Assembly (NCBI GenBank): GCA_048213135.1
Contig: PS015623.1
Location: 1-43,586, forward strand
Source of the DNA: Reclinomonas americana ATCC 50394
Lineage: Eukaryota
DNA: 43,586 bases
Direction of reading: 5' to 3'
Below the pieces are notes generated by a model. That model had not been told where the DNA came from. It ran no database searches and saw nothing but the letters and a program-made list of their open reading frames with translations. The position numbers and the translations under genes were made by a program. Positions 1-12,225 of the stretch are shown piece after piece (the stretch's first letter is position 1; every line of letters begins with the position of its first letter).

Positions 1-3000
1 ACAAGCGCTGAAGCAAAAGGTTCGCCTCCACTGTGGTCGATTCTCTGTGCTCGTTGTTGTTTCATTCCTTGTCGTGGCCTCGGCAGACTCGTCAGTTGGC
101 TGTGGGACAACTGCAGCAGCTGTACACCCAGGCGCTTCTGCAGGCCCAGTCGCAGGTGACGATTGTGTCGGATCCATCGTCAGGTGGCGCCGTGATGCAG
201 CCACCACCTCCGCCTCCAGCACCGTCGCTGGTCACCAGCATTGTGGAGCGCACGCATGCAGCGTGTGTGCACAAGGTGCATGTGTCACTGGCCGGCAAGG
301 CGCGTCTCTCGTACGGCAAGTGTCTCTGGTGAGCATTCATCCATTCATTTGCTTGACCCTCCCCGTGTTTCCTTTCGCTGACACGCGCACTCCTCGCAGC
401 ATGAGTGGCAGTGCGGATCACCTGGTCGTGGGCACCAGTTCGGGCTACCTCATCACGGTGTCGTGGAGCACGCGACAGGTGGTTCAGGCCGTCGACATTG
501 CCACACTGTGTCAGTCGTGGTTGCAGGCGTTGCTGGAGGAGCCGGAGGACGGTGGCGACGATGGTGATTCTGAGGGCTCGCCGACATCGTCGTCGGCCAG
601 TAGCACCAGCACGTTTCGGCGTACGAGCGATCCTGCGCGCGGTGCAGATGCTCGGTTCGTACCCTCGCACAGCGACCTTTCCTTTCTCGCATCTCCACTG
701 CGTCTAATCGCGAGACGTAGAGGCATTGTACCGACGCTGACGGTGCGGGAGATCATGCACCAGTCGAGCCTGCCGTACTGCTACCTGCTGCTGCTCAACA
801 ACGGTGCCGTGGCCATTGTGCAAGACGTAACCATGGTGCGCGCCAGTCGTGACACTCCTTCTTTTTCTCTCTCTTCCGTCTCACGTGTCTGTGTCTAGGG
901 TCGAGGCAGTGGCTATGTGGAGTACGTAGGACACTACGTGTGCAAGCGCGGAGTGCATTCGGTTCATCTCGCACCCGAATTACCGCGTCTGGCACTGGCC
1001 ACCACCAGGTGCGACGCTGCTGTAATTACCATTCATCTCATTCAGCGCCTCTTACCATCTATTGTGGCGCGGGCGCGCGCGCAGGCATCGCGTGGATGTG
1101 TTTGATGTGATTGTGGCGGACCAGCGGCCAGGAGGCCCGTCGTCGTCGTCAGAGTCGTCGGCACTGCGCACTCGCCGCGTGTTCACAGTGGATGTGGCGC
1201 CCGGCATTGTGACAGCGGTGCGGTGGTCTCCTGACGCGCGTCAGCTGGCCGTTGCCGTGGCGGCTCCTCCGCGGTCCTTGGACGACGAGCGGTGAGTTGT
1301 GGTAGCGCTCGAAAGTTGCCAGTCGGTGTGCTGACAAGTTGGAGCAGAGAGGACGCTCTCAGCTCGCACAAGAGCACCGATGGTGGCGCGCCGACTGCCT
1401 CACGACCCGAAGTTAGAGTTTATTGGTTGCGACAGCACGTGCAGCGAGTGGGTCCTTCGGTACTACCGCCGCATCTGCACTCGTACGGCTCACGGTGTAT
1501 TCCGGCGGAGCTGGCGAGTCGCGAGCATCCCGATCGTCTGTATGCCATCACGCAAATGGTGAACAAGTGTTCTTTGCATGGATAGCTTGCACTCTTTCTG
1601 TGCGCGCGATGCTCACTGCAGTCGCAGGAATGGGGAGCCGGTGGTTTCCAGTTGGTGTGCTCGAGCGACTGGATGGAGGCCGGTGACTGGTCGTCGTCTC
1701 CTGAGCTGCGCATTCAGACGTTTGCCAAGCCGCTGCACGCCGTCAACCGCACGCAACGGTGCGGACAGACCGTGGTGCTGGTCTCCGATCGCTTCTTGCT
1801 GCTGGTGATGCCGACACCGTCCGGCGTGACGCGGTGTCAGCACGTCCAACTGCCAGTCTCGTACATGGAGCAGAATTTCCCCGTGACGGTGCGTGCGCAG
1901 AGAGGGAGTGAACTGCGCTGTAATGTCGTCGCCCACTCATTCTCGTGTCGCAGTGCGCAAGCGTGACGCTGGATGGCTTGTGGATTGTTGTGGCTGGTCG
2001 ACGAGGTTGCTGCGTGTTTCGCACAGATCTGGGGCGCTGGCGATTCTTCTCCGAGGCAGCGCACGAAAGGTCGTTTCACTGCAGCTGTGTGGGATGGATC
2101 TCGCAGCACTCGGATCCGTCTCCCTACCTCGTGTTGGCTTGTGACATGCGCACGGCGGCACAGGCGTCGGGCTACTCGTCCACGTCGCGTTCGGCACGCA
2201 ATTTTGTCGTTCCGCCGGTCAGCGAATCCTCGTCGTCGTCACCTCTCTTTGCCGTGCGTCATTGTCGTACATCTGTGCGTGTGCCTCGTTTGTAAGCCTC
2301 TCACCATCGCATCGCGACAGTTGCGCATCTACTCTGCACGCACCCTCGACAACGACGACATTCTGTTGGAGTATCCGCTGCCGGCGCCGGCGCAATTGCT
2401 GGACATTTCCGACCCGGTACAACCGGTCCGACTGCCGCACCGTGGCGGCCGTTCCACGACCTCGCGCTCATTCGAACCGCTGTTGACCTCTCGCACGCTG
2501 AAAAAGGAGGAGACGCGCTACATTACTGTACTCGACGTGCGACACGTGTTGCTGCTCTTTAGGTGGACGCAGAATGCCAACGAAGGTCTGGCGGGCGACT
2601 GGCGATATTTGTCGGTCGCTTGAACTAACTGGCTTGCAGGCAACACAATGGAGTTGGAGCTGCTGCGCGAGATCTCACTGTCGAATCCATACAACACATG
2701 CTCCACGGCCGTCTGCTGGATGTACACGGGCGTTGCACCGTTTGCTTTGGCTCCCGAGTCGAGGTGGGACGCTATCTGTGTTTGCGTGTATGATTCCTGG
2801 TGCTGATGTGCTTGCGCTGGAGCAGAAGGCGATCGCACTCCAAGGAGCCGCTGATGCCGGCCATTCTGCTGCAACGGCAGACTGGCTTGCTGACGATTCT
2901 CGATCCGGTGACCGAAGCAGAGGTATCTCCCTGCCTTCAACTCTTTAATGGTTCTGTCGACACTCACCTACTGTACTGCATCCTAGGTGTGCGTTGGCGA

Positions 3001-5295
3001 GGGCATTGAGGATGTGTGGGTGCAGGACATGCATGCCGACTTGGCGCACATTGTCGTCAGCAGTTGGAACATTGGTGTCGAGGTAAGCGTGCTGTGTGTG
3101 AGGCCAGCATGTAGGTATGGCGTTTCACACACACCTCTTTGTGTGCAGGTGTGGACGTTGAGTTGCCGGGGCAGTGCGAGTGACGGCTACTCGTGGGGAT
3201 CAATAGAGTGTGAGCCGGTGCATCTGGTAGATACGGATCCAGAGACCACTCTGCTGGGCATCCTGTCCGATGCGGGTACGGTGGTCTTTGGGCAGTGGAC
3301 GCGCCCGTTTGAGAACCGGCGTATGACGCAGTCGCCGTTTGGATTGCACGTAGAGGTCCGTTGGGGGCATCTTACTCTCTCTCCTCTCTCTCGCACTCAC
3401 AGTGTGAAGAGCAGGAAGTGCCATTCGCACACGGGATTCTGCTCGGCATGGCGCGTCTGGGACGCACAGACTCGAGCGTGTGCGCGCAGTGGCTGACGCC
3501 GCGCACCTCCGAGTGTCTGCTGATTGCTGCACTGCTGCGATACATGGATCGGTTGGAGAAAGATCCGGCGGCCGACATGGATGAATTGCATCACGCTGCC
3601 GCTCTCTGTCGCCAGTTTCCGCATTTCCACGGTGAGCCGCGACCGTCCTTCTCTCTCTCATTCACACTTCCGTCGCTGAGTGGTGGGTGGTTCGTCCAGA
3701 TGTCACCGCCCATTGCATCCGCAAGTCCGAAATCGAGAGTCGCGAGTACCTGTATCGCGTGCTGGGCACGCATCTGGATCTGTTTCGGGTGTGTGCGGCT
3801 GCTCTCATTCTCCTCTTCCTACTTTTTTCAATCTGACCTCGCACGTGACAGGAATGTCTGGAGCGACGAGAACTGCATGCCAGTGTGTGTCACTTGTTGA
3901 TTCTGCGCGAGACAGAGGGTCTCACTTTTAGTCGCCGCATGGCGCTGCAACTCTTGCCGATTGCCATGGACTGCTTCCTGCAAGAGGAGTTGGCGCTGAC
4001 GAATGCACAAGAGACGCACCGACCGGCGACTGTGACTGCCACTTCTGTGCCATATGCACCACCGTCGCTCAANNNNNNNNNNNNNNNNNNNNTCGCGTGC
4101 AACAGCTGCTGGTGACGTCGGGTCGGTTGCTGCTGAGTGACGGTGTGTGGCGATGGTCGGCCTGGTTGCAATTGTGTCGTGCGTTCCCGCAGGAGCAGTA
4201 CGACTTGGTGGCGCGCACGTTGGCGTTGGACACGGAGCCGATGGCGTTGTCGTCCTTGTCGGCGGTGCAGACGCCCATGCCCGTCTCGCGACTGCGTGAG
4301 AACGGAGGAGTTGGGGAGGGGGGTTCACCGGTGCCGAAGATCTCAGTGTTTTCGGAGACCACCGACACTGGCGGTGCGTCGCATGTGTCGAGTGCCAGTG
4401 AGTTGGAGGAGTTGCTGCGACGCTCCGGCAGTTTCTCCGACTCGCTGCTCCTGTCGTGGTCGGAGCGGCGACTGCGCAGCCGGTGGCTGTCGGCCGACCT
4501 GCTGCTCGACGCCGTGCAGGCGGTGTTGGAGTCGTTCCCGTCGTTGGCGTTTGCGTTGACGGCACTGCACTGGCAGTCCGATCGGACGCAGCTTCACATT
4601 CCACCGCACTTGCAGGCCGCCGCGTCCGCACTGTCCAGCCCCGACGAGGCCAGTGCCGGCAGCAGTGCGGGCAGTTCGCGCCCGGGCACGCCGGATCCGG
4701 CCAGTCTGCTCAGCTCGAATCCCGACTTGGCGGGCATTGCCGGCTCGGCGGGAATGGCCGGCGGTGACGCGCCCTCGTGGCAACTCATCATGTGGCACCT
4801 GGAGGATCAGCAGCGCTTCGACTGGCTGCTCGTGTTTGGCGTCGCCACTGGCCAGGTCGAAGTGCTGCGCCAGTGCCTCGATGTGGTAGCAGAGACACTG
4901 GAAGACCGTCCGCCGGCCGTCGCCAGCTGGAGTCGCATGTCGCCTCCCGTAGCACGCTCCGACGGCAGCCCGTCGCCATGGCCAGCTCCCGGAGGAGCTC
5001 TGCTGCTGCCTAGACCACCGCTGGAGCTGATCCACGCGGTGCAGAACTTGGCCGTGCGATTCCTACAGCTGGCCGACGAGCCGGACGATCGCACTCGGCC
5101 TTCGCCCGCCCAGCGACTCGTCATGCACAGCGTCAAACTGCACGGGTTGCGTCCTTGTGTTCCCACTGCACGTTTTTTTCCTTTGGAAAGCTCACATACA
5201 GTTGTTGGGGCAGGCTACGCGACGTGCTGCAGGAGATCGCCACCCTCACGGCCGACTTGCCGAGCTCGGTCGCCGCTGTCCCGCCCGCTGAGTAA
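1..5295 (+). CDS. RIC1: RIC1 homologue (RAB6/Ypt6 GEF complex subunit), multi-exon, 5' end outside window
   Basis: Spliced translation gives YMEQNFPVT-CASVTLDGLWIVVAGRRG...RWRFFSEAAHERSF and FPHFHDVTAHCIRKSE...DLFRECLERRELHASVCHLLIL, matching the RIC1 beta-propeller and RIC1 domain motifs. About 16 GT-AG introns, a 20-N gap at 4073-4092, stop TAA 5293-5295. Confidence 0.85.
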
Positions 5296-5305
5296 AATCA
5301 TGCAT

Positions 5306-5315
5306 TTTCCCGCGC
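5306..5315 (+). promoter_or_regulatory. E2F-like element TTTCCCGCGC
   Basis: Matches the TTTSSCGC consensus, 25 nt upstream of ATG 5341. Identical 10-mer at 15276-15285. Confidence 0.35.
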
Positions 5316-5340
5316 ATTTTCAATCCACATTTTACTTCCG

Positions 5341-7271
5341 ATGAGCGGAGCACGAGCATCGCCCAACGCGCCCAAGAGCCACTCATCGCCCTCGCCAGCG
5401 CCTCCTGCGGCCTCCTCAGCAAAGCCGTCGGCCGCTCTGGACAACGCGTTTCGCGCCTTTTCGCAAATCCGACGCAGTGTGCGCGACTTGCAAGCAGGCT
5501 CGCTGCTGTTTCACTGGGACGCCAGTGGTCTCACGCCAAAGTTGCGCCTGTGTGTCTCCTTCTATGTGCGTGTGTGGGAGACAGAGAGTTTGAGTCGCCA
5601 TTTCCACTCACTTGTCACACACACACGCACACAGGTTCTTCTTGGTGAATCTCGAGCATCACTTGTTGTGTGTGTACGAGATTGAGCGCAACAAGCGACC
5701 AGATGGAACCTCGTCGTTCCCCTCATCGCTCGCTCGAGAGACACTGTCGTTGGAGTTTGAGGTGCCTCTGAGTTCCATTGTCAAGGTCATTGCGCTGGCG
5801 GAGCGCGATGAGAGCAAAGGGTGAGCGCACACACAGAGATAGACACACAGTCACACAGTGTCTCACTGTGTGTGCGTGACAGTCGTCGCGGCATTCCGAA
5901 TGATGATGAGGACGACGATGATTCGTATGGAGTGCCAAAGACTCCTGAGCAGATTGAGAAGCGCACGTTTGCGGTGGTGTTGCGTGATCGGCGGCACTTG
6001 ACGATTGTGTCGCCGAGTCGCGAGGACTTTAGGCGATGGTACTTTGGTCTCACGTTCTTGGCCAACATTGAGGTGCGTGGCTTGGTCGCGCAAAGACAAC
6101 TCGCGATCAGCACGGCTGATCGATGCCTCTCTTCACATGTACAGCCACTGGCGGAGGTGAATGTGACGTCGGAGTTGGCGGATCTGCTGGGCGATGAGGA
6201 TAATGTGCGGGGACTGGCGATGCGACAGCAGAATGCCGAGCGGCAGCAGCGCAGGGCCTCGGTCGACAAGAAGGCGGCGGCGGGTGGTCGGCCACTGCAC
6301 CGACAAGCGGTGCGCGTGTGTGTGTGCATGTGTGAATGTCGTTGGTGTGTGGACGTGCTGGCGCTGACGATGGCTGGTGAGCAGAGCGAGGGCGACGATC
6401 TCGGGAGCGGATTGGTCGGTGGTGTGCTCGAGGGTGGCGTGGACAGCGAGAGTGGCGCAGACAGTGCTGTGTACGGTAGTGGCGAGGAGGATGAGGAGGA
6501 GTTTGAGGACGATACGGAAGACTTGCCGGCGTCGGGGCGCGGAAGTGCCAGCCAGGTGCGTTCTCTTCACACTGTTGCTTTGTTATTGTTGATTTGCTCA
6601 CTCCCCGCACAGAGTGGTGCTCCGTCAGTGGCATGGTCGACGCTGACGCAGACTGGCTCCGACACCACGTCGCAGCGTGGCCGCGAGGTGCTGGAATTCG
6701 ACAATGAAGAGGAGGCCGACGACGACGACGACGAGGGTGAGACGGCGGCGGAGCGCGCCGCACGTGATCGGCAGCTGTCGCTGTCGTTGCAGCGGAATCG
6801 CGACCAGGCAGCGCTCATCGAGGCGCTGGCCGAGGAGAACAAACTGCTCGTGGCCATTCGGGACGAGAAGACGAATGTGATCAACAAGCTGCTGGAGCAG
6901 ATTGACATTCTCAAGGACGCCCTGTCGACCTCCATGACGCTGCAGCGCACGCACGAGGAGGAGCTCGATCGCAGACGAGAGGAGAACGAGAAGCTGATGG
7001 TGCTGCTGAGCGCGGCGCGCAGCGGTGCATCATCGTCACCGCAAGTCAAGCAACATCAGCGGCATTTGGTCGGCGAAATCGATCGACTCAATGAGGTGTG
7101 TGAGGGAGAGGAGAGGGAGGGAGGAAAGTTATATGATGTGCACGCGCGTGTGCTGACTGTGTGTGTGTGTTTGTGCAGATTGTCAAGGCCAAGGAGGAGA
7201 CCATTCAGTCGCTGGTGAAGCTGCTGAAGGACAACCGTGTGCCATTCTCACCCTCCAAGATCCGCTCATAG
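5341..7271 (+). CDS. PH-domain (PLC/Num1-like PH) protein with acidic linker and C-terminal coiled coil, 7 exons
   Basis: LQAGSLLFHWDASGLTPK|FFLVN...TFAVVLRDRRHLTIVSPSREDFRRWYFGL fits the PH beta-sandwich and its C-terminal helix Trp. Heptad-rich LIEALAEENKLL...LLEQIDILKDAL follows. Stop TAG 7269-7271. Confidence 0.7.
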
Positions 7272-7393
7272 TGCGTACGCGCTGCTTGTGTTGTTGTTGG
7301 TTTTTCTCTCGGTGCGAATGATATGGTGCAAGGACAATGCGTGTAGTGAAGATGATGGATAGTTACATTTTCATTGAACAACAACAACAACAC

Positions 7394-9198
7394 TCAGTGG
7401 AAAACAAACGCTGTGCCGGGCTTGGTGGGCGTGGTGGTGGCGGTGATTGATGATGACACGCCGCTGCCACTTGCACCAGACTCCTGCTTGAAAATGGAGC
7501 GCACGGGTGGTGTGGCCTTGTCGTCGGCGAACGAGCGACGCGGTCGCACCATTTCTCGCGGCGGGGCACAGAAGCTGTAGAAGCTGCTGACGCGCTCGCC
7601 TCGCATCTCGCGCTCCAGCAGCTCGTCGCGCTTGCTCTTGTCGTACGAGTCGCCGAGGCGCAGCAGCACGCCCTGCAGATCGACAGTGTACTGTGCGTCG
7701 GGCAGAGCGTGCAGTCGGGTGGCGATTTGGTCGCCCAGCAGCTGTGCACGCACGCAGCGAGAGAGAAGTGAGTGGAGAGGAGTCGACCGGGGCGAAGGTG
7801 ATGTGTTCTCACTCACCAAGTAGGATCCACTGGGGACGCCGGCCACGCAGCCGGTGACGTTCCACAGCTGCCAGCGATTGGGGTGCGTGTCGACTTTGGT
7901 CTCCTTCCACACCACCTCGGTGGCGAGGAGACCGCCACTGGAGAATGGCGCGTCGTAATAGTTCCACGAGTGATCCACACCCACGCCCTTGCCCTTGTAG
8001 CTGCGCCCGGTGGCACTGGACTGCCGGCCATTGGACTGTCGCTCGCTCTTGGCCTGTTCGCGCGCCGCGCGCAGACGAAGAGCGTGATCGCGGTTCTCCT
8101 CGCGATCCCGCAGGCACAGGCGCAGCAACTGTGCGCCGTCGGCAATGCCCGTCCACCGCCCCTGATCCCAGTCGTAGGCCCCTGTGGCACCAAGAGTGTG
8201 AGGATTGCATCCGTGGCATGCATGGCACTGGCCACGAACGCACCCTGCCACTTGTCGCCCGACATGCGGAACCGGCCAGTGGGGTCCACGTCGAAGCGCG
8301 CCACAAACTTCCAGTACCAGCGCGATCCATCGACGACATCACCGCGGCGGTCGACCTGAGACTTTTTGCGTGTGGACCACGCCACGGGGATCTCGTAGGC
8401 CAGCGCCCCGACTGCGCACATGTCAGCAAGGGAGGGAGAGGAAAAAGGGAGTGAACAGCGCAACTGTCGGCCACCGCAGACTGCGACGACTCCAGGCTGC
8501 TCTTGATCAGCACATCGGCGTCGTCGACAGGAGCGCTGCTGTGGGTGCGGCCGTGCGGAGTGCGCATCTCGTCGACCAGCTGCATCACTGGCGTCGGCAC
8601 CGCATGCGCAGCGGCGGACACCGCCGCCGGCTGCATCCACGCATCATAAGAAACACATACATACATGTGCGCAGGCAGAGAGACGCACCACATCCACGGC
8701 CGTGTTGGCGCGCTTCATCGCCGGTGCCTCCTCGTCGACATCGACTTGGGCGGGTCGTTTCATGCCGCGACCGTTGCTCACCAGCACCACACGCAGGCGC
8801 CGCACGTCACCGTCACCCTGCACACCACACTCGGCCAGTGTGCGCGCACGTGTGCGCTCGTCAGGGTCCACCAGCAGCTCGTCATTGAGCAGCATCTGTT
8901 GCACGCGAGAGAATGCGCCCTCAGGAATGCTGGTCATGATTTGTGTCAACTGTGTGTGTGTGTGTGGGTGGAGTGTGGTGAGACACACGTGTGTGAGAGA
9001 AGAAGAAGAGGGAGAGGAGCGCACCAGTGCACCAAGAGTTGTCGCGCCAGTGAGCCCCACACACTCCACTCGTGTGTGTGGAGCAATGTGCATGCCCACC
9101 ACGTCCACCACAACAGCAAACTTGACGCTCTGCGCGACATGTGAGCGAGCGAGAATTAAAACCACAAATAGCACGTGCAACGTGTCGCACGCAACCAT
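7394..9198 (-). CDS. Hypothetical protein with N-terminal ubiquitin-like (beta-grasp) domain and an unrecognised Trp-rich C-terminal domain
   Basis: ATG at 9198 is followed immediately by an intron. Spliced SVKFAVVVDVVG...TTLGALLTQIM...QQMLLNDELL...ARTLAECGVQGDGDVRRLRVVL resembles UBL (TL..xGI-type motif). Downstream exons join in frame at GT-AG sites to the stop at 7394. Confidence 0.6.
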
Positions 9199-9326
9199 GG
9201 CTCCACGACAAGGCAAAAGAAAGGTTTGTTGTGTTTGACCGGGAATGGCGAGCACCTGTCAGTGTCTGTCCGGGATCGACATCGACCACCTCGACATCGA
9301 CCTCTTGCCTTTGTTGTCGCGCAACA
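9199..9326. promoter_or_regulatory. 128-bp head-to-head spacer between the UBL gene and P2X
   Basis: Divergent ATGs at 9198(-) and 9327(+). Contains a duplicated TCGACATCGACC motif. Confidence 0.4.
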
Positions 9327-12159
9327 ATGGGGGGCTGTTGTTCTCGCTGTTGCGGGGCATGCTGGGTTCGTTTTGCGTGCCGACATGATGACGCATGAGT
9401 GAGAAAAGGAGTCATGACGCACTCACTTTGACTGCGTTTGCGTGTTGTTCCGCAGAGGAAAGTATGCGGCAAGCGTGATCCCGATGATGGTGTGTGTGTG
9501 CGNNNNNNNNNNNNNNNNNNNNNNNNNNNNNNNNNNNNNNNNNNNNNNNNNNNNNNNNNNNNNNNNNNNNNNNNNNNNNNNNNNNNNNNNNNNNNNNNNN
9601 NNNNNNNNNNNNNNNNNNNNNNNNNNNNNNNNNNNNNNNNNNNNNNNNNNNNNNNNNNNNNNNNNNNNNNNNNNNNNNNNNNNNNNNNNNNNNNNNNNNN
9701 NNNNNNNNNNNNNNNNNNNNNNNNNNNNNNNNNNNNNNNNNNNNNNNNNNNNNNNNNNNNNNNNNNNNNNNNNNNNNNNNNNNNNNNNNNNNNNNNNNNN
9801 NNNNNNNNNNNNNNNNNNNNNNNNNNNNNNNNNNNNNNNNNNNNNNNNNNNNNNNNNNNNNNNNNNNNNNNNNNNNNNNNNNNNNNNNNNNNNNNNNNNN
9901 NNNNNNNNNNNNNNNNNNNNNNNNNNNNNNNNNNNNNNNNNNNNNNNNNNNNNNNNNNNNNNNNNNNNNNNNNNNNNNNNNNNNNNNNNNNNNNNNNNNN
10001 NNNNNNNNNNNNNNNNNNNNNNNNNNNNNNNNNNNNNNNNNNNNNNNNNNNNNNNNNNNNNNNNNNNNNNNNNNNNNNNNNNNNNNNNNNNNNNNNNNNN
10101 NNNNNNNNNNNNNNNNNNNNNNNNNNNNNNNNNNNNTCTCTTGTGTGCAGCTTGCCAAACTGAAACTGCGTGTGTGTGTGTTGTTGGAAATGTCGCGCAG
10201 TGTTCGCGTACAGGTGAGCGTCTGTGCATGCAGCAGCAGTCTACGAGGGATGAGCTCTCTCTCACACACACGCGCTTGCAACACAGCACCTTCAAGATCG
10301 TGCTCATCCGCGATCGCTACCTCGGCATTTTGCATTACTCGCTGCTGGCGGCGATTATAATCTACGTGGTCGGCATTCAGATTGTGCTCTTTGAGCAGTA
10401 CCGCAAGGAGGAGTCGCCGGTCGGTGTGGTGCGACTCAGTCTGCGAAGAGTTGAGTGTGTCGGGGTGCTCCCTCCTTCCTTTCCCTTGGTGCCTGACTCC
10501 ATGATTGATGGACAGCCGTACTTGCCGCCGGGTTGTGGCGATACACCACGGCCGCCATGCACGCAAATCAAGATTGTTCCTGCTGATCAGTTACCATACT
10601 GTACAGCGTCTTCCGACTCGTATCCAGCCCCCAAGTTACCGGTGCGTCGGCGATCTCTCTCACTTCTCCTCCTCTTTCTCTTTCCGCGATAGCTCACCAA
10701 TGTCAATCGCAGTGCATCTATTGGGATGAGAGCGACGTGCAGTACCCACCAGTGGAGCAGTCGGCCATCTTTGCGACCTCGCGTGTGGTGCAGGATCATC
10801 AGCTGCTCAACTGTCAGCTGACGGATCCCAGTTGCTCGTACACCTCGGTTGCGAAGGACAACCTCATGGCCTATGTGGCACAAGTGATGGAGTTTACGGT
10901 GAGGTCACCTCGGTGCGCAAGTCTGTGTGTTGTCTCTTGCACTGACCCGTCCTCGTCACTGCCTCAGCTGCGTGTCATTCCTCGTGCACGCGCGCCCACT
11001 GTGGGCGTCGTGGGCGACACCACCAATCTGCAAGGGTCTGTCTCTTTGTCTTTTTTCCTCAGCCTTGGTGTCTGGTTCGCTCAACTCCCCACAATCCATA
11101 GATATTTGATGAAGCGACCCTGCAACACTTGTTTGGGCCCGAACGACTGGGTGGTGGCTGAAAAGTTCACCAATCCCGTGCTCGGCGATGTCATGGAGCT
11201 CGACAAGATGCTGGAGTATGCCGGTCACTTTTCCATGGATGACATGTGTTGCGTGCCCGCATTCTGGCACTCTCTCTCTCTCTCTCTCTCGCCTGAGTAC
11301 TTGTTCCTCACTTGTGCGCAGCCTACACAAACAAGACGGTGACGAATCGATGGGACGGTCTCGTGGTAATGGTCGAGCTGGTGTTCTCCAACAAGGGCAC
11401 TGGTGGCAAGTTGCGCGCCGACGGGAGATGTTGACGAGCTGGTGACCAACATCCTCCTTGATGCTCACCCGCAACAATGTGTGCACACAGAGTCCGCTAC
11501 GAGTACCGACCGGTGGTGCTGCCGTACACCGATTTCAAGATCACGCAGATCATCTACAACGTGTACCCGAACGATCGTGTGGTTCTCAATCGACACGGTC
11601 TGCGTCTCATCTTTTTGATCACGGGAGCGCTCGGCAGCTTCAACTTTACGGTGCTGCTGATTCAGCTGACCACGTCTTTGGCGCTGTTGAAGGTGGGAGA
11701 ACACCTCGCCTGTCCTTGCTCGGTGTCGATCATGCTGACTTTTGTGTACTGATGCAGGTGGCTGCTGTAGTAGTCGACCTGCTCGCCACGCGCTGCCTGC
11801 CTGCACGCAAGCACTACCGCAGCTACAAGTTTGAGGAAACGGTCGACTTTTCCGACCTACGCAAGCTGGAGGAGGAGCGCCGTCGACGCATGGAGGAGGA
11901 GGACACTGTGGATCCGTATCAAGTCAGTCAGCCGAACCCGTTCGCGCCAGTCACCGAGACCCAGGATCGGGAGAATCGGCCGCTGCTGGCACCGCGGACA
12001 ACTGGCGCAGCTGCGCCCACCGTCAACCCCAATGGCCTCATCCGCTCGCAGTACATGCCCTACGAGGCCACGTTGCGTTTGTCAGCGCTATTGATTCACT
12101 TTCCTGTCCCGGAACTGACCTGCTCCTCCTCCCCGCACAGACCATATTCAAGAACATAA
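9327..12159 (+). CDS. P2X: P2X purinoceptor-family ATP-gated cation channel (Dictyostelium/protist type)
   Basis: Spliced: MGGCCSRCCGACW|RKVCGKRDPDD|VFAYS|TFKIVLIRDRYLGILHYSLLAAIIIYVVG (YxTxK plus TM1), CIYWDESDVQYP, RWDGLVV, RHGLRLIFLITGALGSFNF-TM2 (...VVVDLL), C-terminal YxxxK (YRSYK). The N-gap 9503-10136 lies inside intron 2. Confidence 0.92.
9503..10136. other. Assembly gap (N run) within P2X intron 2
   Basis: N run flanked by TG and TC microsatellites. Other gaps at 4073-4092, 20648-21231 and 26057-26833. Confidence 0.99.
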
Positions 12160-12225
12160 GGACACAGTTCGCCAGTACATACCCCCGAATTGCATTAACA
12201 GTTTGCTCTTGGAGACGATTTCCTT

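Noticed and set aside
2923-2986. GTATCT donor as a U12-type intron
   Set aside because: It does not match GTATCCTT and lacks a TCCTTAAC branch point.
9412-10692. Long ORFs spanning N runs (also 20382-21676 and 25865-27110)
   Set aside because: Artefacts of translating Ns as X.
11248-11321. Reading shifted donors as non-canonical G|TTGCG (TT-AG) introns
   Set aside because: Cleaving one base later frameshifts conserved P2X, ATPase and PARG sequence. GT cleavage keeps the frame.
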